Assembly (NCBI GenBank): GCA_964385355.1
Contig: CAYLOO010000005.1
Coordinates: 1,850-65,849, forward strand
Reading direction: 5' to 3'
DNA: 64,000 nt
Origin: an uncultured Anaerolineaceae bacterium
Lineage (GTDB): Bacteria; Chloroflexota; Anaerolineae; Anaerolineales; E44-bin32
Shown in pieces: positions 38,069 to 48,006 of this stretch (the first letter of the stretch is position 1; every line of letters starts with the position of its first letter). The position numbers and the translations under genes are program-made. Below the pieces are notes generated by a model, which made no database searches, had not been told where the DNA came from, and worked only from the letters and a program-made list of their open reading frames with translations.

Positions 38069-38290
38069 TGGGTCATTGTACCATCGGCTTGTGCAGGGCT
38101 GAGAACATCGATGTGTCGATGTGGTTTATTCGCCTTCGCCGGGTATGTTAGAATTCGCGGAATGCCGGACTTGCCTTGCTTGTACTGGTTGCGCACATGT
38201 GTTGAAATGAATAAGGTTGGAACTATCACCTCTAGTCAGGATGGCCAAAGAAGTGATCAAGGATTGCAAAAGGTAGTGGATCCGAAAAAT

Positions 38291-38956
38291 ATGACTTGTA
38301 TGCTGCTCTTGGCCTCAGCTTCACCTCGCCGCCGTGAGCTAATTGAATTGACCGACTGGGATGTGGAGATTTGCCCGGTTTCGGTCGACGAGATAGTTCA
38401 GATCGATGAGCGGGCGGAGGCGCTGGCGATCCGTCTTGCGCGAGCGAAAGCTCGGGCAGCCGCGGACGAGTGTCCCGCCTGCGAGCTAGTCCTCGCAGCC
38501 GACACGGTCGTGGTAGACGGCGGCACAATTTTAGGCAAACCGCTGGATGCAATTGATGCTGAACGGATGCTTCTAATACTTCGGGGTCGAGAGCATGAGG
38601 TCATCACCGCACTGGTGTTTCTCAAACCAGCCAGCGGGGAGGAAATGGTTGAGACGTGCAAAACTGTCGTTCCCATGCGGGCATATGACAAGGGTGCGCT
38701 TCAGGCCTATATCGCCGGCGGTTCTCCGCTTGATAAAGCCGGTGCATATGGGATACAGGATCGCGAATTCAATCCAGTGGAACTAAGCCAGATGCAGGGA
38801 TGCTTCGCCAATGTGATGGGGCTCCCTTTGTGCCACCTGCAGCGCGCTTTGGGGCGTCTGGGGCACGATCTGACGGCTGATCTCCCCACTCGCTGTAAGG
38901 CATATACAGGGTATGATTGTAGCGTCTACCAGGAGATCCTGAGAGGTAAATTGTGA
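38291..38956 (+). CDS. maf: Maf-family nucleoside triphosphate pyrophosphatase
   Basis: LASASPRRRE, AADTVV, LGKP, HEVIT, DKAGAYGIQ, NVMGLP; the track ORF's N-terminal extension over rarA is disregarded. Confidence 0.93.
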   Translation: MTCMLLLASASPRRRELIELTDWDVEICPVSVDEIVQIDERAEALAIRLARAKARAAADECPACELVLAADTVVVDGGTILGKPLDAIDAERMLLILRGREHEVITALVFLKPASGEEMVETCKTVVPMRAYDKGALQAYIAGGSPLDKAGAYGIQDREFNPVELSQMQGCFANVMGLPLCHLQRALGRLGHDLTADLPTRCKAYTGYDCSVYQEILRGKL

Positions 38957-41223
38957 GACGAATCCCGATCCTGCTTCTTATTTTAGCGATGCTCATCAGC
39001 AGCTGTGGGCTCTTTCGCCCCACCGACCCGGAGTCGAACGGGACACCTGCGCTTCCAGATCCTATACAGACCACTGAGTCCGCGCCGGATCCAGATGCAG
39101 CCGCGCAGCACTTCCTGGATACTTGGAAAGCGGGCGATTATTCGGGGATGTACGCCCTCCTCAGCCCCCTTACCCAGGATGGATTGAGCGAGGAGGATTT
39201 TACGAAACGCGTTCAAGAGATCATGCGGGGCGGGGCGTTTGTGGATGTTGATTTTCAAATCGTATCCGCCCTTGTAAACAGCCCACAGCGTGCTGAAGTG
39301 CGTTATCGCATCGTTCTAACAAGCGCGGCTGTAGGTGAGATCAGCCATGAGACGCGCATGGACTTGACGCGCTCCGCCGGCGAGGACTGGCAGGTAGCCT
39401 GGACCGACGCCATGATTTTGCCCGAACTCGAGGGGGGCAACGGTTTGAGTCTCAGCGCTATCACGCCTACGCGCGCGAATATCTATGATAAGAACAACCA
39501 GGCATTCGCTACAGAGGCGGGCGCGGGTCAGGACAACGGCGCCGCATTGTGGATCGTCCCGAATGAGATCGGCGATGAAGATGCCGAGGAGACCATGCTC
39601 TCAACTTTAAGGCGGCTTTTTGTGTTGGCTACCGCAGATCCGATCCTCGAGCGCTACGACGCCAACCGCGACACAGATTGGTTTACCCCGCTAGGCGTTG
39701 CACCTTATGAGGATTACAACACCGTCGGCGGGCTGCTCGAATCGGTGGGCGGCGTTCGCGCACGCACGTACAGCACTCGCTACTATTACGGTGGTGGTCT
39801 TACGCCATTTGCAGGGGGAGCTGCGCCACATGCCGTGGGTTTTGTGAGCCAGATTCAGGAGGCCGAATACGAAGACCGCCTGGCGCTAGGTTATCAGGGT
39901 GATGAGTTCGTCGGCCGTATCGGGATCGAGGCGGCGTTCGAAAATGAGCTGCGCGGCGTTTCGGGGGGGACGCTTTACCTGATTGATCCCAATGGTCAGG
40001 TGATGCAAGTGATGGCTTCCCGCGATCCCGGATTGCCCTATGCTGTGTATACGACGCTAGACCGTGATCTGCAAGAAATTGCGCAGCTATCGATTGAAGG
40101 TTTCGAGGGCGCTGTGGTCGTTTTGGAACGCGACACGGGTGCGGTGCTTGCCATGGCCTCCTCACCCGCATTCGACCCAAACCTTTTCGATTCCAAGAAC
40201 CCTAATGGAGCGAATGGCGGTTATCAGATGTTGAACACTGCCAATCAGCCCTATATCAACCGCGCTACACAGGGACTCTACGCTCCAGGATCGGTATTCA
40301 AAGTCGTTACGATGGCCGCCGCGCTGGAGACGGAGTATTACGAACCCGGCACGGTCTACAACTGCGGTCTGGAATTTCATGAGTTGCCGGGGTGGGTTGG
40401 CTATGATTGGCGCGTCGAGAAAGAACTGCCTGCTGCGGGTGAGTTGACACTCCAGGGGGGTCTGGAGAAGTCTTGTAACCCCTGGTTCTATCACATCGGT
40501 CTGGATCTCTATGTCAAGGGTCTCCCCAGCGCAATTTCGGATATGGCTGCAGCATTTGGATTGGGAGGGCTGACCGGTATCGAGATTGGGGAGGATGCGG
40601 GGCAAGTTCCGAGCCCGGAGAACAGCACCGAAACGCTCGGCGAGGAGTGGGAGGCGCGGCATCCAGTGCAGCTGGCGATCGGTCAGAGTGCTCTTCTGGT
40701 GACGCCTCTCCAGGTCGCCCGTTATGCTGCTGCGATAGGGAATGGGGGAACACTTTATCGTCCGCAGCTGGTGTTGGCGATAGAGAATGCCGAGGGTGAT
40801 GTGCTGCACGAGTTCGTTCCGGATCCAATGGCGCAGCTTCCGGTGAGCCCGGAAAACATTGCTGCGATCCAGGAGGCGATGGTAAACGTTGTCGAGAAGT
40901 CTGGAGCAACCGCTTACCGTAAGTTCCTTGGCCTCAACCTCAATATCGCCGGGAAGACGGGCACAGCCTCTACGGATGGCGATCCGCATGCCTGGTTCAC
41001 AGGTTATTCATACGAGGGAAGAGAGGACAAACCCGATATCGCCATCGCGGTTATCTTGGAGAATCAGGGTGAGGGGTCGGATTGGGCTGCACCGGTCTTT
41101 CGGCGAATCGTTGAGACGTATTTCAAGGGTCGACCACTCACGCTCTATCCCTGGGAGTCTCGTATCTGGGTTGAAAGGACTCCGGAGCCGGACGAAGAAG
41201 CAGAGGAAACTCCGGCGCCATGA
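38953..41223 (+). CDS. Class B penicillin-binding protein (lipoprotein; NTF2/MecA_N + dimerisation + transpeptidase)
   Basis: Lipobox LISSC; GSVFK (SxxK), KSCN (SxN), GKTGT. Confidence 0.92.
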   Translation: MRRIPILLLILAMLISSCGLFRPTDPESNGTPALPDPIQTTESAPDPDAAAQHFLDTWKAGDYSGMYALLSPLTQDGLSEEDFTKRVQEIMRGGAFVDVDFQIVSALVNSPQRAEVRYRIVLTSAAVGEISHETRMDLTRSAGEDWQVAWTDAMILPELEGGNGLSLSAITPTRANIYDKNNQAFATEAGAGQDNGAALWIVPNEIGDEDAEETMLSTLRRLFVLATADPILERYDANRDTDWFTPLGVAPYEDYNTVGGLLESVGGVRARTYSTRYYYGGGLTPFAGGAAPHAVGFVSQIQEAEYEDRLALGYQGDEFVGRIGIEAAFENELRGVSGGTLYLIDPNGQVMQVMASRDPGLPYAVYTTLDRDLQEIAQLSIEGFEGAVVVLERDTGAVLAMASSPAFDPNLFDSKNPNGANGGYQMLNTANQPYINRATQGLYAPGSVFKVVTMAAALETEYYEPGTVYNCGLEFHELPGWVGYDWRVEKELPAAGELTLQGGLEKSCNPWFYHIGLDLYVKGLPSAISDMAAAFGLGGLTGIEIGEDAGQVPSPENSTETLGEEWEARHPVQLAIGQSALLVTPLQVARYAAAIGNGGTLYRPQLVLAIENAEGDVLHEFVPDPMAQLPVSPENIAAIQEAMVNVVEKSGATAYRKFLGLNLNIAGKTGTASTDGDPHAWFTGYSYEGREDKPDIAIAVILENQGEGSDWAAPVFRRIVETYFKGRPLTLYPWESRIWVERTPEPDEEAEETPAP

Positions 41224-41226
41224 TAA

Positions 41227-42141
41227 ATGCCTGAAGCCGATCTTCTCCCCGGGCTGATTGTTAAAGCCCAATCTGGTATTTTCGGCGTTGAAACCGAGCA
41301 GGGGATCATCCCCTCGAAATTACGCGGCCGGCTCATGAAGGAGCGGATGGAGAGCGATGCCGCAGCGCTCGGCGACCGTGTTCAGATACGCGTACAACCG
41401 GATGGCTTGGCGTCGATCGAAGTCGTGGAGGAGCGACTCCGTGTGCTCTCCCGCAAAGCGCCCGGTCGATCAGAGATCGAACAAGTTCTGGTTGCAAATC
41501 CAGATCAAGCCGTCTTCGTCTTCTCATGCGCCGACCCCGACCCTAACTTCCGAATGCTGGATCGCTTGCTTGTCGTTGCCGAGCGAGAAGAGATCCCGGC
41601 GCTGATCTGTGCCAATAAAACCGACCTGGTTGTCCCCCGCACCGCCAAGCATGCCTTCGGTATTTATCCGAAACTCGGTTACCCGGTCCTTTACACCTCC
41701 GCCAAGACCGGCAAGGGCATTCGCTCCGTTCGCAAGGCGCTAGAAGGAAAGATCTCGGTTCTGGCGGGTCCTTCGGGCGTAGGAAAGACAAGCCTGCTTA
41801 ATGAAATCCAACCCGGATTAGGATTGCACACGAGCGAGATAAGTCAAGCCACCGGGAGAGGCCGGCATACAACGGTCGTCCCCGAGCTCTTGAAGCTTCA
41901 GGGGGGAGGCTATGTGGCAGACACTCCCGGACTGAAAGCTTTTGCCCTCTGGGACATCGAGCCCGAAGAGCTCGACGCCTATTTTCCGGAGATCAGAGCA
42001 CTGGTAGCTGGGTGTGAATTCAGCGATTGCACCCACACCCATGAACCAGGCTGCGCCGTGACCGTTGCTCTTGAAAATGGAGCGATCGACCCGGAACGCT
42101 ACGATTCCTACTTACGTATGCGCTCCGGTGTCCTGGAGTAG
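41227..42141 (+). CDS. rsgA: Ribosome small subunit-dependent GTPase A
   Basis: ANKTDL, TSAKTG, GPSGVGKTS, GRHTT, DTPG, CEFSDCTHTHEPGC. Confidence 0.97.
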   Translation: MPEADLLPGLIVKAQSGIFGVETEQGIIPSKLRGRLMKERMESDAAALGDRVQIRVQPDGLASIEVVEERLRVLSRKAPGRSEIEQVLVANPDQAVFVFSCADPDPNFRMLDRLLVVAEREEIPALICANKTDLVVPRTAKHAFGIYPKLGYPVLYTSAKTGKGIRSVRKALEGKISVLAGPSGVGKTSLLNEIQPGLGLHTSEISQATGRGRHTTVVPELLKLQGGGYVADTPGLKAFALWDIEPEELDAYFPEIRALVAGCEFSDCTHTHEPGCAVTVALENGAIDPERYDSYLRMRSGVLE

Positions 42142-42224
42142 ATAGTACCCTGGTCCTGTTGCGCTAAAAGAGAGAAGTATCTAAGCTTGTAGGTGGTTCG
42201 TATAGTCAAGAAAGGGGCTCCTCC

Positions 42225-43187
42225 ATCAGGATTCGCCGCGTCCTGCCCTATTGGATTGTTTTAATACTACTGCTTGGCATTGGGCTCCCAGTGATGGCCC
42301 AAAGCTTGTCTGGTCGCTATTACTCTGAGACCGGGCATACACTCGATGCCGAGTTCGTCGAGTATTTCGACAATCATGGCGGTCTGGGCATTCTCGGCTT
42401 CCCCATCACGGATGCTTTTGTGGATTACTGGACTGGGTTGGTGATCCAATACACACAGAACGGCCGGATGGAGCTTTTCCCAGATCCAGCCTCTGATGAG
42501 ATGCAGGTGCGCCTGAAGGAATTGGGAATTTTGTTCGTCGGTGACCGTGCATTGGATGTCGCTGATCCACTCTCTATCAAGTCCAGCGCCGACTGCGAGT
42601 TCTACTCGCTTACAGGCCATAGTATCTGCTTCATGTTCCTGGATTTTTACCATGAGCATGGCGGACCGGAACTTTTTGGCTACCCTGTATCAGAATTCAC
42701 CATAGAAAACGATCGCCTTGTTCAATACTTCCAGGGATTCCGGCTGGATTGGTATCCGGAAAATCCACCAGCGCAGCAAGTCTTGGTGGCGCCTCTCGGG
42801 CGGGTCCACTTTGAGGTGATGGATTACAACGACGACCTCCTGCGGCCAAAAGCCCCCAGTAATGCCTTGATGTACGAGGTAGTGGAACTCCAACCTCATG
42901 CTTCTGTGGCAAAGCCCATCACTGGAAGTTCAGATACGCAGCGAGTGTATGTTGTTGTCCGTGACCAGAATCTCCTGCCGGTCTCATCTGCGGCGGTGAC
43001 CCTTGTTGCGAATTTCCCTGATGAAGCGCGCACGCTCGTTTTCCCACCTACCGACGAGGCCGGTGTTACCCAACTTGAAATTGAATTTGAGGGGCAGACG
43101 CCCGGTGCGCAGGTCAATTTGGAGATTTACATTTCATCGGGAACAGTTCTCACCAGGACGAGCGACTCCTTCCGCATCTGGTGGTGA
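42225..43187 (+). CDS. Secreted protein with Chloroflexota-type 'YxxETGH...GG...FGYP' repeats; start codon apparently non-canonical
   Basis: Two repeats, YYSETGHTL...GGLGILGFPIT and FYSLTGHSI...GGPELFGYPVS. A signal peptide is encoded in frame upstream of the track start (42291). Confidence 0.7.
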   Translation: MRIRRVLPYWIVLILLLGIGLPVMAQSLSGRYYSETGHTLDAEFVEYFDNHGGLGILGFPITDAFVDYWTGLVIQYTQNGRMELFPDPASDEMQVRLKELGILFVGDRALDVADPLSIKSSADCEFYSLTGHSICFMFLDFYHEHGGPELFGYPVSEFTIENDRLVQYFQGFRLDWYPENPPAQQVLVAPLGRVHFEVMDYNDDLLRPKAPSNALMYEVVELQPHASVAKPITGSSDTQRVYVVVRDQNLLPVSSAAVTLVANFPDEARTLVFPPTDEAGVTQLEIEFEGQTPGAQVNLEIYISSGTVLTRTSDSFRIWW

Positions 43188-43203
43188 TTCCCAAACGAAA
43201 AGT

Positions 43204-43236
43204 ACAGGCGCCCACAACCGTGGGCGTTTTTTTATT
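43204..43236 (+). terminator. Intrinsic terminator
   Basis: GCGCCCAC-AACC-GTGGGCGT followed by a T run. Confidence 0.85.
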
Positions 43237-43286
43237 ACCTGGGGAGGTCGGGGTTTGTGAGATGTGGTGGACCGACATACGGGGAG

Positions 43287-43463
43287 CCCCCAATCGCGTT
43301 AAGGGTGTTGTAGGGTTGAACCCAAGTGTGCACCCGAATTTGAGATCACCTTGAGATGCCTGAGTTAAACCTCCTGCAAGTTCGAGACCTGCGAGAGGTT
43401 AGATAAGTGCTGATCCCGGAGGTTCAGCTCTGGGCGGAGAAAGAAACGCAAATCCAATTGGTC
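43287..43463. ncRNA. Candidate 6S-like rod-shaped non-coding RNA
   Basis: About 177 nt of nested complementary segments with a central internal loop; strand uncertain; no covariance-model test run. Confidence 0.35.
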
Positions 43464-43531
43464 GCCGGGTAGTTTTGAGAAGGGTTATAAAACAAGATAT
43501 TCAATGGACTGCAACGAGGAGGGCGCAGAGA

Positions 43532-44665
43532 TTAGAGAGGCCTGAGGACGCGATCCACGCGAAGCTGTTTGAACCACAACGAGGCGCCGCGCGGCATCGA
43601 CTCGAGCGCTGCTTCCTGCCAGGCGCGGATGCCAAGGCCCTGAACTGTTTGCGGTCGATAACCGACAGCCCGCCAGGCGCCGACGTGTTGGGCGAGGTAG
43701 GGAGGAAGGAAGAGCAGCGAGGCCTCACTCTGAAGTTCTATAGAGGCGGTTTCAACCTCATCCATTAATGCGGGGATGGCTTCATCAATGGCCAGGCCGG
43801 ATACGAAGTAAAGCTCATCGATGCGCGTGATCAGGTTCTCGACCTGCCAGCCGGCGATACCGGCAATGTCGTCTTTACGAATAATTAATAGGAATGCTTT
43901 CTCACCGAAAGCGGCCATGACATCCTGGCGCGTCATGCGTTTCTTACCGTGGGTGACATGAGTGATGAAGCGAGCAATGTCATCCGCATCTTGTGGTCGA
44001 CCGCGGCGGACGATAAGGTCGCCGGGTTTTACAACGGGGGGCTCGGGCAGCAAGGGTTCTTCGGGTTTGGGTAGTTTTCCCCATGCATCCTGGACCTGAT
44101 CCCAGGTATTTTCGAAAGAGCCATTATTGCGGATCATTGTCTTGGCGGCGCGAAGCTTGAGCGCCTGAGGCGATTGTGCCGCGATCCTCTGCCTTGCAGC
44201 CGCCTCCGGCATCTTGCGTTTATGCATCAAGCGTGCGATTTGCAGTTCCGCCGGCGCATCAACAACCCAGATCGTATCGCAGCCAGCTGCTAGATCGGAT
44301 TCGAGAAGCTTGATCGCTTCTATAACGACGATGCTTTGCTTGGCCCGGCGGATAAGAAGGTCGATCGCGTGTGCTACGAGGGGATGAACAATCACTTCCA
44401 ATCTTTCCAGGGCCATCGGATCGGAGAATGCAATCTTTGCTAATTTCTGGCGGTCGATCTGTCCCTCTTCGTCGAGAGCCCATTCCCCGAAAGCTCTAAG
44501 AACAAGGGGGTAGCCGGGAGCGCCCTTTGCGATGGCGCGGTGCGCGAGAGCGTCGGCGTCGATACCATAGCCGCCAAGGTGCTCGAGCATCTTGCGTACG
44601 ACGCTCTTGCCTGTTGCGATATTTCCGGTTAAACCGATGACATACTTACCAGGCCAACGACTCAC
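43532..44665 (-). CDS. coaE: Dephospho-CoA kinase fused to a C-terminal GNAT-like domain
   Basis: IGLTGNIATGKS, IDADALAH, LEVIVHP, RIAAQ; C-terminal IVRRGRPQDADDIA...RIDELYF...WRAVGY. Confidence 0.9.
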   Translation of the reverse strand: MSRWPGKYVIGLTGNIATGKSVVRKMLEHLGGYGIDADALAHRAIAKGAPGYPLVLRAFGEWALDEEGQIDRQKLAKIAFSDPMALERLEVIVHPLVAHAIDLLIRRAKQSIVVIEAIKLLESDLAAGCDTIWVVDAPAELQIARLMHKRKMPEAAARQRIAAQSPQALKLRAAKTMIRNNGSFENTWDQVQDAWGKLPKPEEPLLPEPPVVKPGDLIVRRGRPQDADDIARFITHVTHGKKRMTRQDVMAAFGEKAFLLIIRKDDIAGIAGWQVENLITRIDELYFVSGLAIDEAIPALMDEVETASIELQSEASLLFLPPYLAQHVGAWRAVGYRPQTVQGLGIRAWQEAALESMPRGASLWFKQLRVDRVLRPL

Positions 44666-44736
44666 TAAACCGCCTCCAATGCGTTTCCGTGAATTTGATT
44701 TTAGTCTCTGGCGTTGGGCTTGTCAAAGAAGTCGAC

Positions 44737-46857
44737 CTAATGAAGTCGTGTCTGATATACCTGAGAGCCGACCGCTAGATATAGGTCGTTGGGAGGTCCG
44801 AGGGACATGGCAGAGATCTCCTCTTCAAAAGGCTCCTTGGGTATGAATTGTCCCTGATAAACAAGACGCAAACTGTAATGGAATACACTGTTGCTGAGCA
44901 GGTCGAGGAAGTATAGGGAAGGTTCTGGCGGAGGGGAATAGTCCATCTCAACGGGAACTGCACCTGGAATCTGCGCAGTCGGCTCCTTTCCCGGCCGTTC
45001 GTCTTGGAAGTAGGGTTGTGGATCACATTCGACACGTATCCTGCCGCCTTCATCTGCTGATCCGGAAAGGGAACGACGGCAGCGGTCCAGCCGACCATCC
45101 GCATAGAGGATAACAAGTTCGTCATGTGCCATGGCCAGATCTATGGCCCCTTTAAGCTCGCGCACATCTTCAACGAAAAACAATTCAGGAACGCCGCTGA
45201 AGAAACCGCCTGCGGCCTCATAGATCCACACTGCATTCATCGCCGGATCGAGAACATAAAGGCTGTCCCCGTAAACGTCTATCGCCTGTATCCGGCCCCA
45301 ACCGATGTCTGGCGCGGTGAGCTGTGCGACAGCGGGCTGACGGTCGGGGGCGCAATAGAGCAATGTTCCGTTCTCATCTATCGTCACCACGCCTTCCATA
45401 CCAAGGGCGCCGGGTGCGGGCTGCAGAACGAAGTCAATAGGGGCCGCCAGTTCCTGCGAGACAGTCGCAGTACCCAGGCATTCAAAAGTCGTATCGATCT
45501 CATAGCCTCGCTCGGGGGTGCCCCAGGCATGTCGAATGATTTCATTTTTGCCATCGAGCACGTAGAGATCATTAGCGGAGGCGGCTATCCCGGTGATCTT
45601 GGCATCGGAGCCGAAGCCACCGCTCACGAGTGGCCGGAAATCGAGCCTGGACACCAGATTGATGGTGTCAAGCGCCAATTGGACCTGCTCACTAAGTGTC
45701 TCTGATTCCGAGTTTGTGCCATAGTTCTCTGCCATGCCGAGCATCTTGGCCGCGTTCTCCCACTCGCCGCGTGAAGCCTCGTCAAGCGGGAGGGTTTGGG
45801 CTGTCATTACGGATGTATGCGCTTGATTTATATATGACTGGAATTCTTCCTTACGGCCCTTTCCAACATAGACTAGCGAGGCGATGGTCACAATAATCAA
45901 CGGAATGGCGATGGCGGTGCCGACAAGCATTTGGCGGGATAACGCGTCGGGATGGAGAGGCTCAGAAAAACCTGGGGCCAGACGGTTTAGAGTCTGCGTT
46001 AAGAATGTCATAATTCGAGTAGTGATGGATTTCAAACCAAGCGTAAAAGGGGCAATATAGCTGCTCAGCTGGACTCGGCGTGTGCCTCGTTTGACCGTCC
46101 CGAATCGTTCCTGTGCCGATCTTTCCGCCTGCAGTGACATCTCCCCGGAAGGCGTTGCTGGCTGGAAGGATGGATGGAGACCGGCTCTGCCGGGCGGAAC
46201 GATGCGCGCCAAGAGACCGGTTAAGTCGTAGTTGCTGGCAGCGACGAGACGGTCTATCGCTTGCTCGAGATCGAGTGTTGCCAGGCCCGATAGGGTTGCA
46301 TCGGACCACAGATCGCTTGGGGTAGTCGTCAGAATGAGGAGATCGTTGGGCTGTGATTCGAAGTGATAGAAGCGGATGTGAGGTGCTAGGCTGATTCCGA
46401 GAGGCCGTTCTGATGCTTCCCCCGAACTTCGACGATTGACTGCGCCAGGGCGTACAAGGACTACCTGCCCTACCCCGCACTGACCAATATAGAGATCTTT
46501 GCCGCGCAGGACTGCGCTCATCAGGTTGCCTTGATAATTAGTAGGTTCAGACTCATCCTGATTAGTATCTACCAATTGATCGTTTACCAACGCAGCTGCC
46601 TCGCGCAGTGCAGAGGTTACAGAGCCTGGCGTGCCGTAATACGCGTCAGCAGCCATGCGTACAAGATGGTCAAGGTAACCAGGCGAGACAGGCAGGGAGG
46701 CCTGCAATGAGAGATTTAATAGGAGGAAATCATCTCCGCGCCCGCGAGCAGTTCGTCGCGGTGCAGTTAACGCGAGCGTTCCTGGGGGGGAAGTCAGACG
46801 AGCTGCGCCGCCGGCGATATGAATTAGAGCGATATCTGCTTCGAACGTTTGAGCCAT
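44737..46857 (-). CDS. Membrane protein: degenerate PP2C-like N-domain, one TM, extracytoplasmic beta-propeller-like domain
   Basis: LMSAVLRGKDLYIGQCGVGQVVLVR and PNDLLILTT; TM MLVGTAIAIPLIIVTIASLVYV; repeated LYVLD blades. Confidence 0.65.
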   Translation of the reverse strand: MAQTFEADIALIHIAGGAARLTSPPGTLALTAPRRTARGRGDDFLLLNLSLQASLPVSPGYLDHLVRMAADAYYGTPGSVTSALREAAALVNDQLVDTNQDESEPTNYQGNLMSAVLRGKDLYIGQCGVGQVVLVRPGAVNRRSSGEASERPLGISLAPHIRFYHFESQPNDLLILTTTPSDLWSDATLSGLATLDLEQAIDRLVAASNYDLTGLLARIVPPGRAGLHPSFQPATPSGEMSLQAERSAQERFGTVKRGTRRVQLSSYIAPFTLGLKSITTRIMTFLTQTLNRLAPGFSEPLHPDALSRQMLVGTAIAIPLIIVTIASLVYVGKGRKEEFQSYINQAHTSVMTAQTLPLDEASRGEWENAAKMLGMAENYGTNSESETLSEQVQLALDTINLVSRLDFRPLVSGGFGSDAKITGIAASANDLYVLDGKNEIIRHAWGTPERGYEIDTTFECLGTATVSQELAAPIDFVLQPAPGALGMEGVVTIDENGTLLYCAPDRQPAVAQLTAPDIGWGRIQAIDVYGDSLYVLDPAMNAVWIYEAAGGFFSGVPELFFVEDVRELKGAIDLAMAHDELVILYADGRLDRCRRSLSGSADEGGRIRVECDPQPYFQDERPGKEPTAQIPGAVPVEMDYSPPPEPSLYFLDLLSNSVFHYSLRLVYQGQFIPKEPFEEEISAMSLGPPNDLYLAVGSQVYQTRLH

Positions 46858-46955
46858 GGCAATTATTGTACCGAAACGGGTTAAACGATGCAATCATAGA
46901 TGCAAGAACATTGCCGCGGCTGGTACAATCCTAGCTGTCCTGCAAAGATATTCCC

Positions 46956-47981
46956 ATGATGAATATAGAGTTCCTTCACACAGACCAATCCTTCTCTGAG
47001 CTATCTGATATTTGGGAAGCGCTGCTTCGTCGCTCGGGCTCGAATACGCCATTCCAGCAGCCATGTTATTTGGATGCCTGGTGGTCGACGATGGGAGGCG
47101 GCGAGTGGGATGATGGAGAGCTGTGGCTCGGTGTGGGGAAGGTGGATAGCGGAGAGATTGCAGGGATAGCCCCGTTATTTTTTACAAAAGATCGAAAGGG
47201 TCGCCCTTCGATCCTTATCGTAGGAAGCGCAGAAGTTTCTGATTATTTGGATTTCATCGTTTCAGAATCAGCCACAGAGGAATTCGTTGACGCGCTACTG
47301 GGGTCATTAGATGTTGAAGGCCCAGAAGGGTGGGAGGTTCTCGACTTTTATAATCTGCCCGAAGAATCAGCAACAGTGCAAGCGCTGCAGCGCTTGGCGG
47401 AGAAACGCGGGTGGCGAGTTGGAAAGGAGCGAATCTCGCCGGTGCCTTTCGTGGCACTGGCGGGTAGCTGGGAGGCATATCTCCAAGCGCTGAACAGCAA
47501 ACAACGCAAAGAAGTCAAACGCAAACTCAGGCGGGCGGAAGAATACCCGGCACGCGTCAGTTGGCGGATTATCGACAGAGATTCACCGATTGAGCCCGAG
47601 ATCGATCTTTTTCTCGAGCTTATGCAGAATGACTCAGAGAAACGAGTGTTCCTAACGGATAAGATGCTTGAATTCTTCCGGCGTCTTGCCCTGACCGTTC
47701 ATGAGCGAGGTTGGCTTCAACTAGCTTTTCTCGAGGTCGGAGGAGAACCTGCATTTGGCTACCTGAATTTCGATTACGAGGATAAGCTCTGGGTTTACAA
47801 CTCCGGCTTTAACCCCTCGCATTATGAACTCTCCCCGGGCTGGGTTTTGATGGCCCATCTAATTCGTTGGGCGATTGACTATGGCCGAACGGAAGTCGAT
47901 TTCCTGCGCGGCGATGAAGGTTATAAGTACCGCCTCGGAGGCGTCGACCGCCATATCGTCCGTCTGATAATCGAACGATAA
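46956..47981 (+). CDS. GNAT-family protein (CelD/BcsL-like)
   Basis: PFQQPCYLDAWW, GIAPLF, VSDYLDF, SPGWVL, DFLRGDEGYKYRLG. Confidence 0.88.
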   Translation: MMNIEFLHTDQSFSELSDIWEALLRRSGSNTPFQQPCYLDAWWSTMGGGEWDDGELWLGVGKVDSGEIAGIAPLFFTKDRKGRPSILIVGSAEVSDYLDFIVSESATEEFVDALLGSLDVEGPEGWEVLDFYNLPEESATVQALQRLAEKRGWRVGKERISPVPFVALAGSWEAYLQALNSKQRKEVKRKLRRAEEYPARVSWRIIDRDSPIEPEIDLFLELMQNDSEKRVFLTDKMLEFFRRLALTVHERGWLQLAFLEVGGEPAFGYLNFDYEDKLWVYNSGFNPSHYELSPGWVLMAHLIRWAIDYGRTEVDFLRGDEGYKYRLGGVDRHIVRLIIER

Positions 47982-48006
47982 GCCTGCGTGAGAGAACGGG
48001 ACACAA

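Noticed and set aside
37829-38290. Long N-terminal extension of the Maf ORF
   Set aside because: It overlaps rarA on the opposite strand; Maf homology begins at about 38291.
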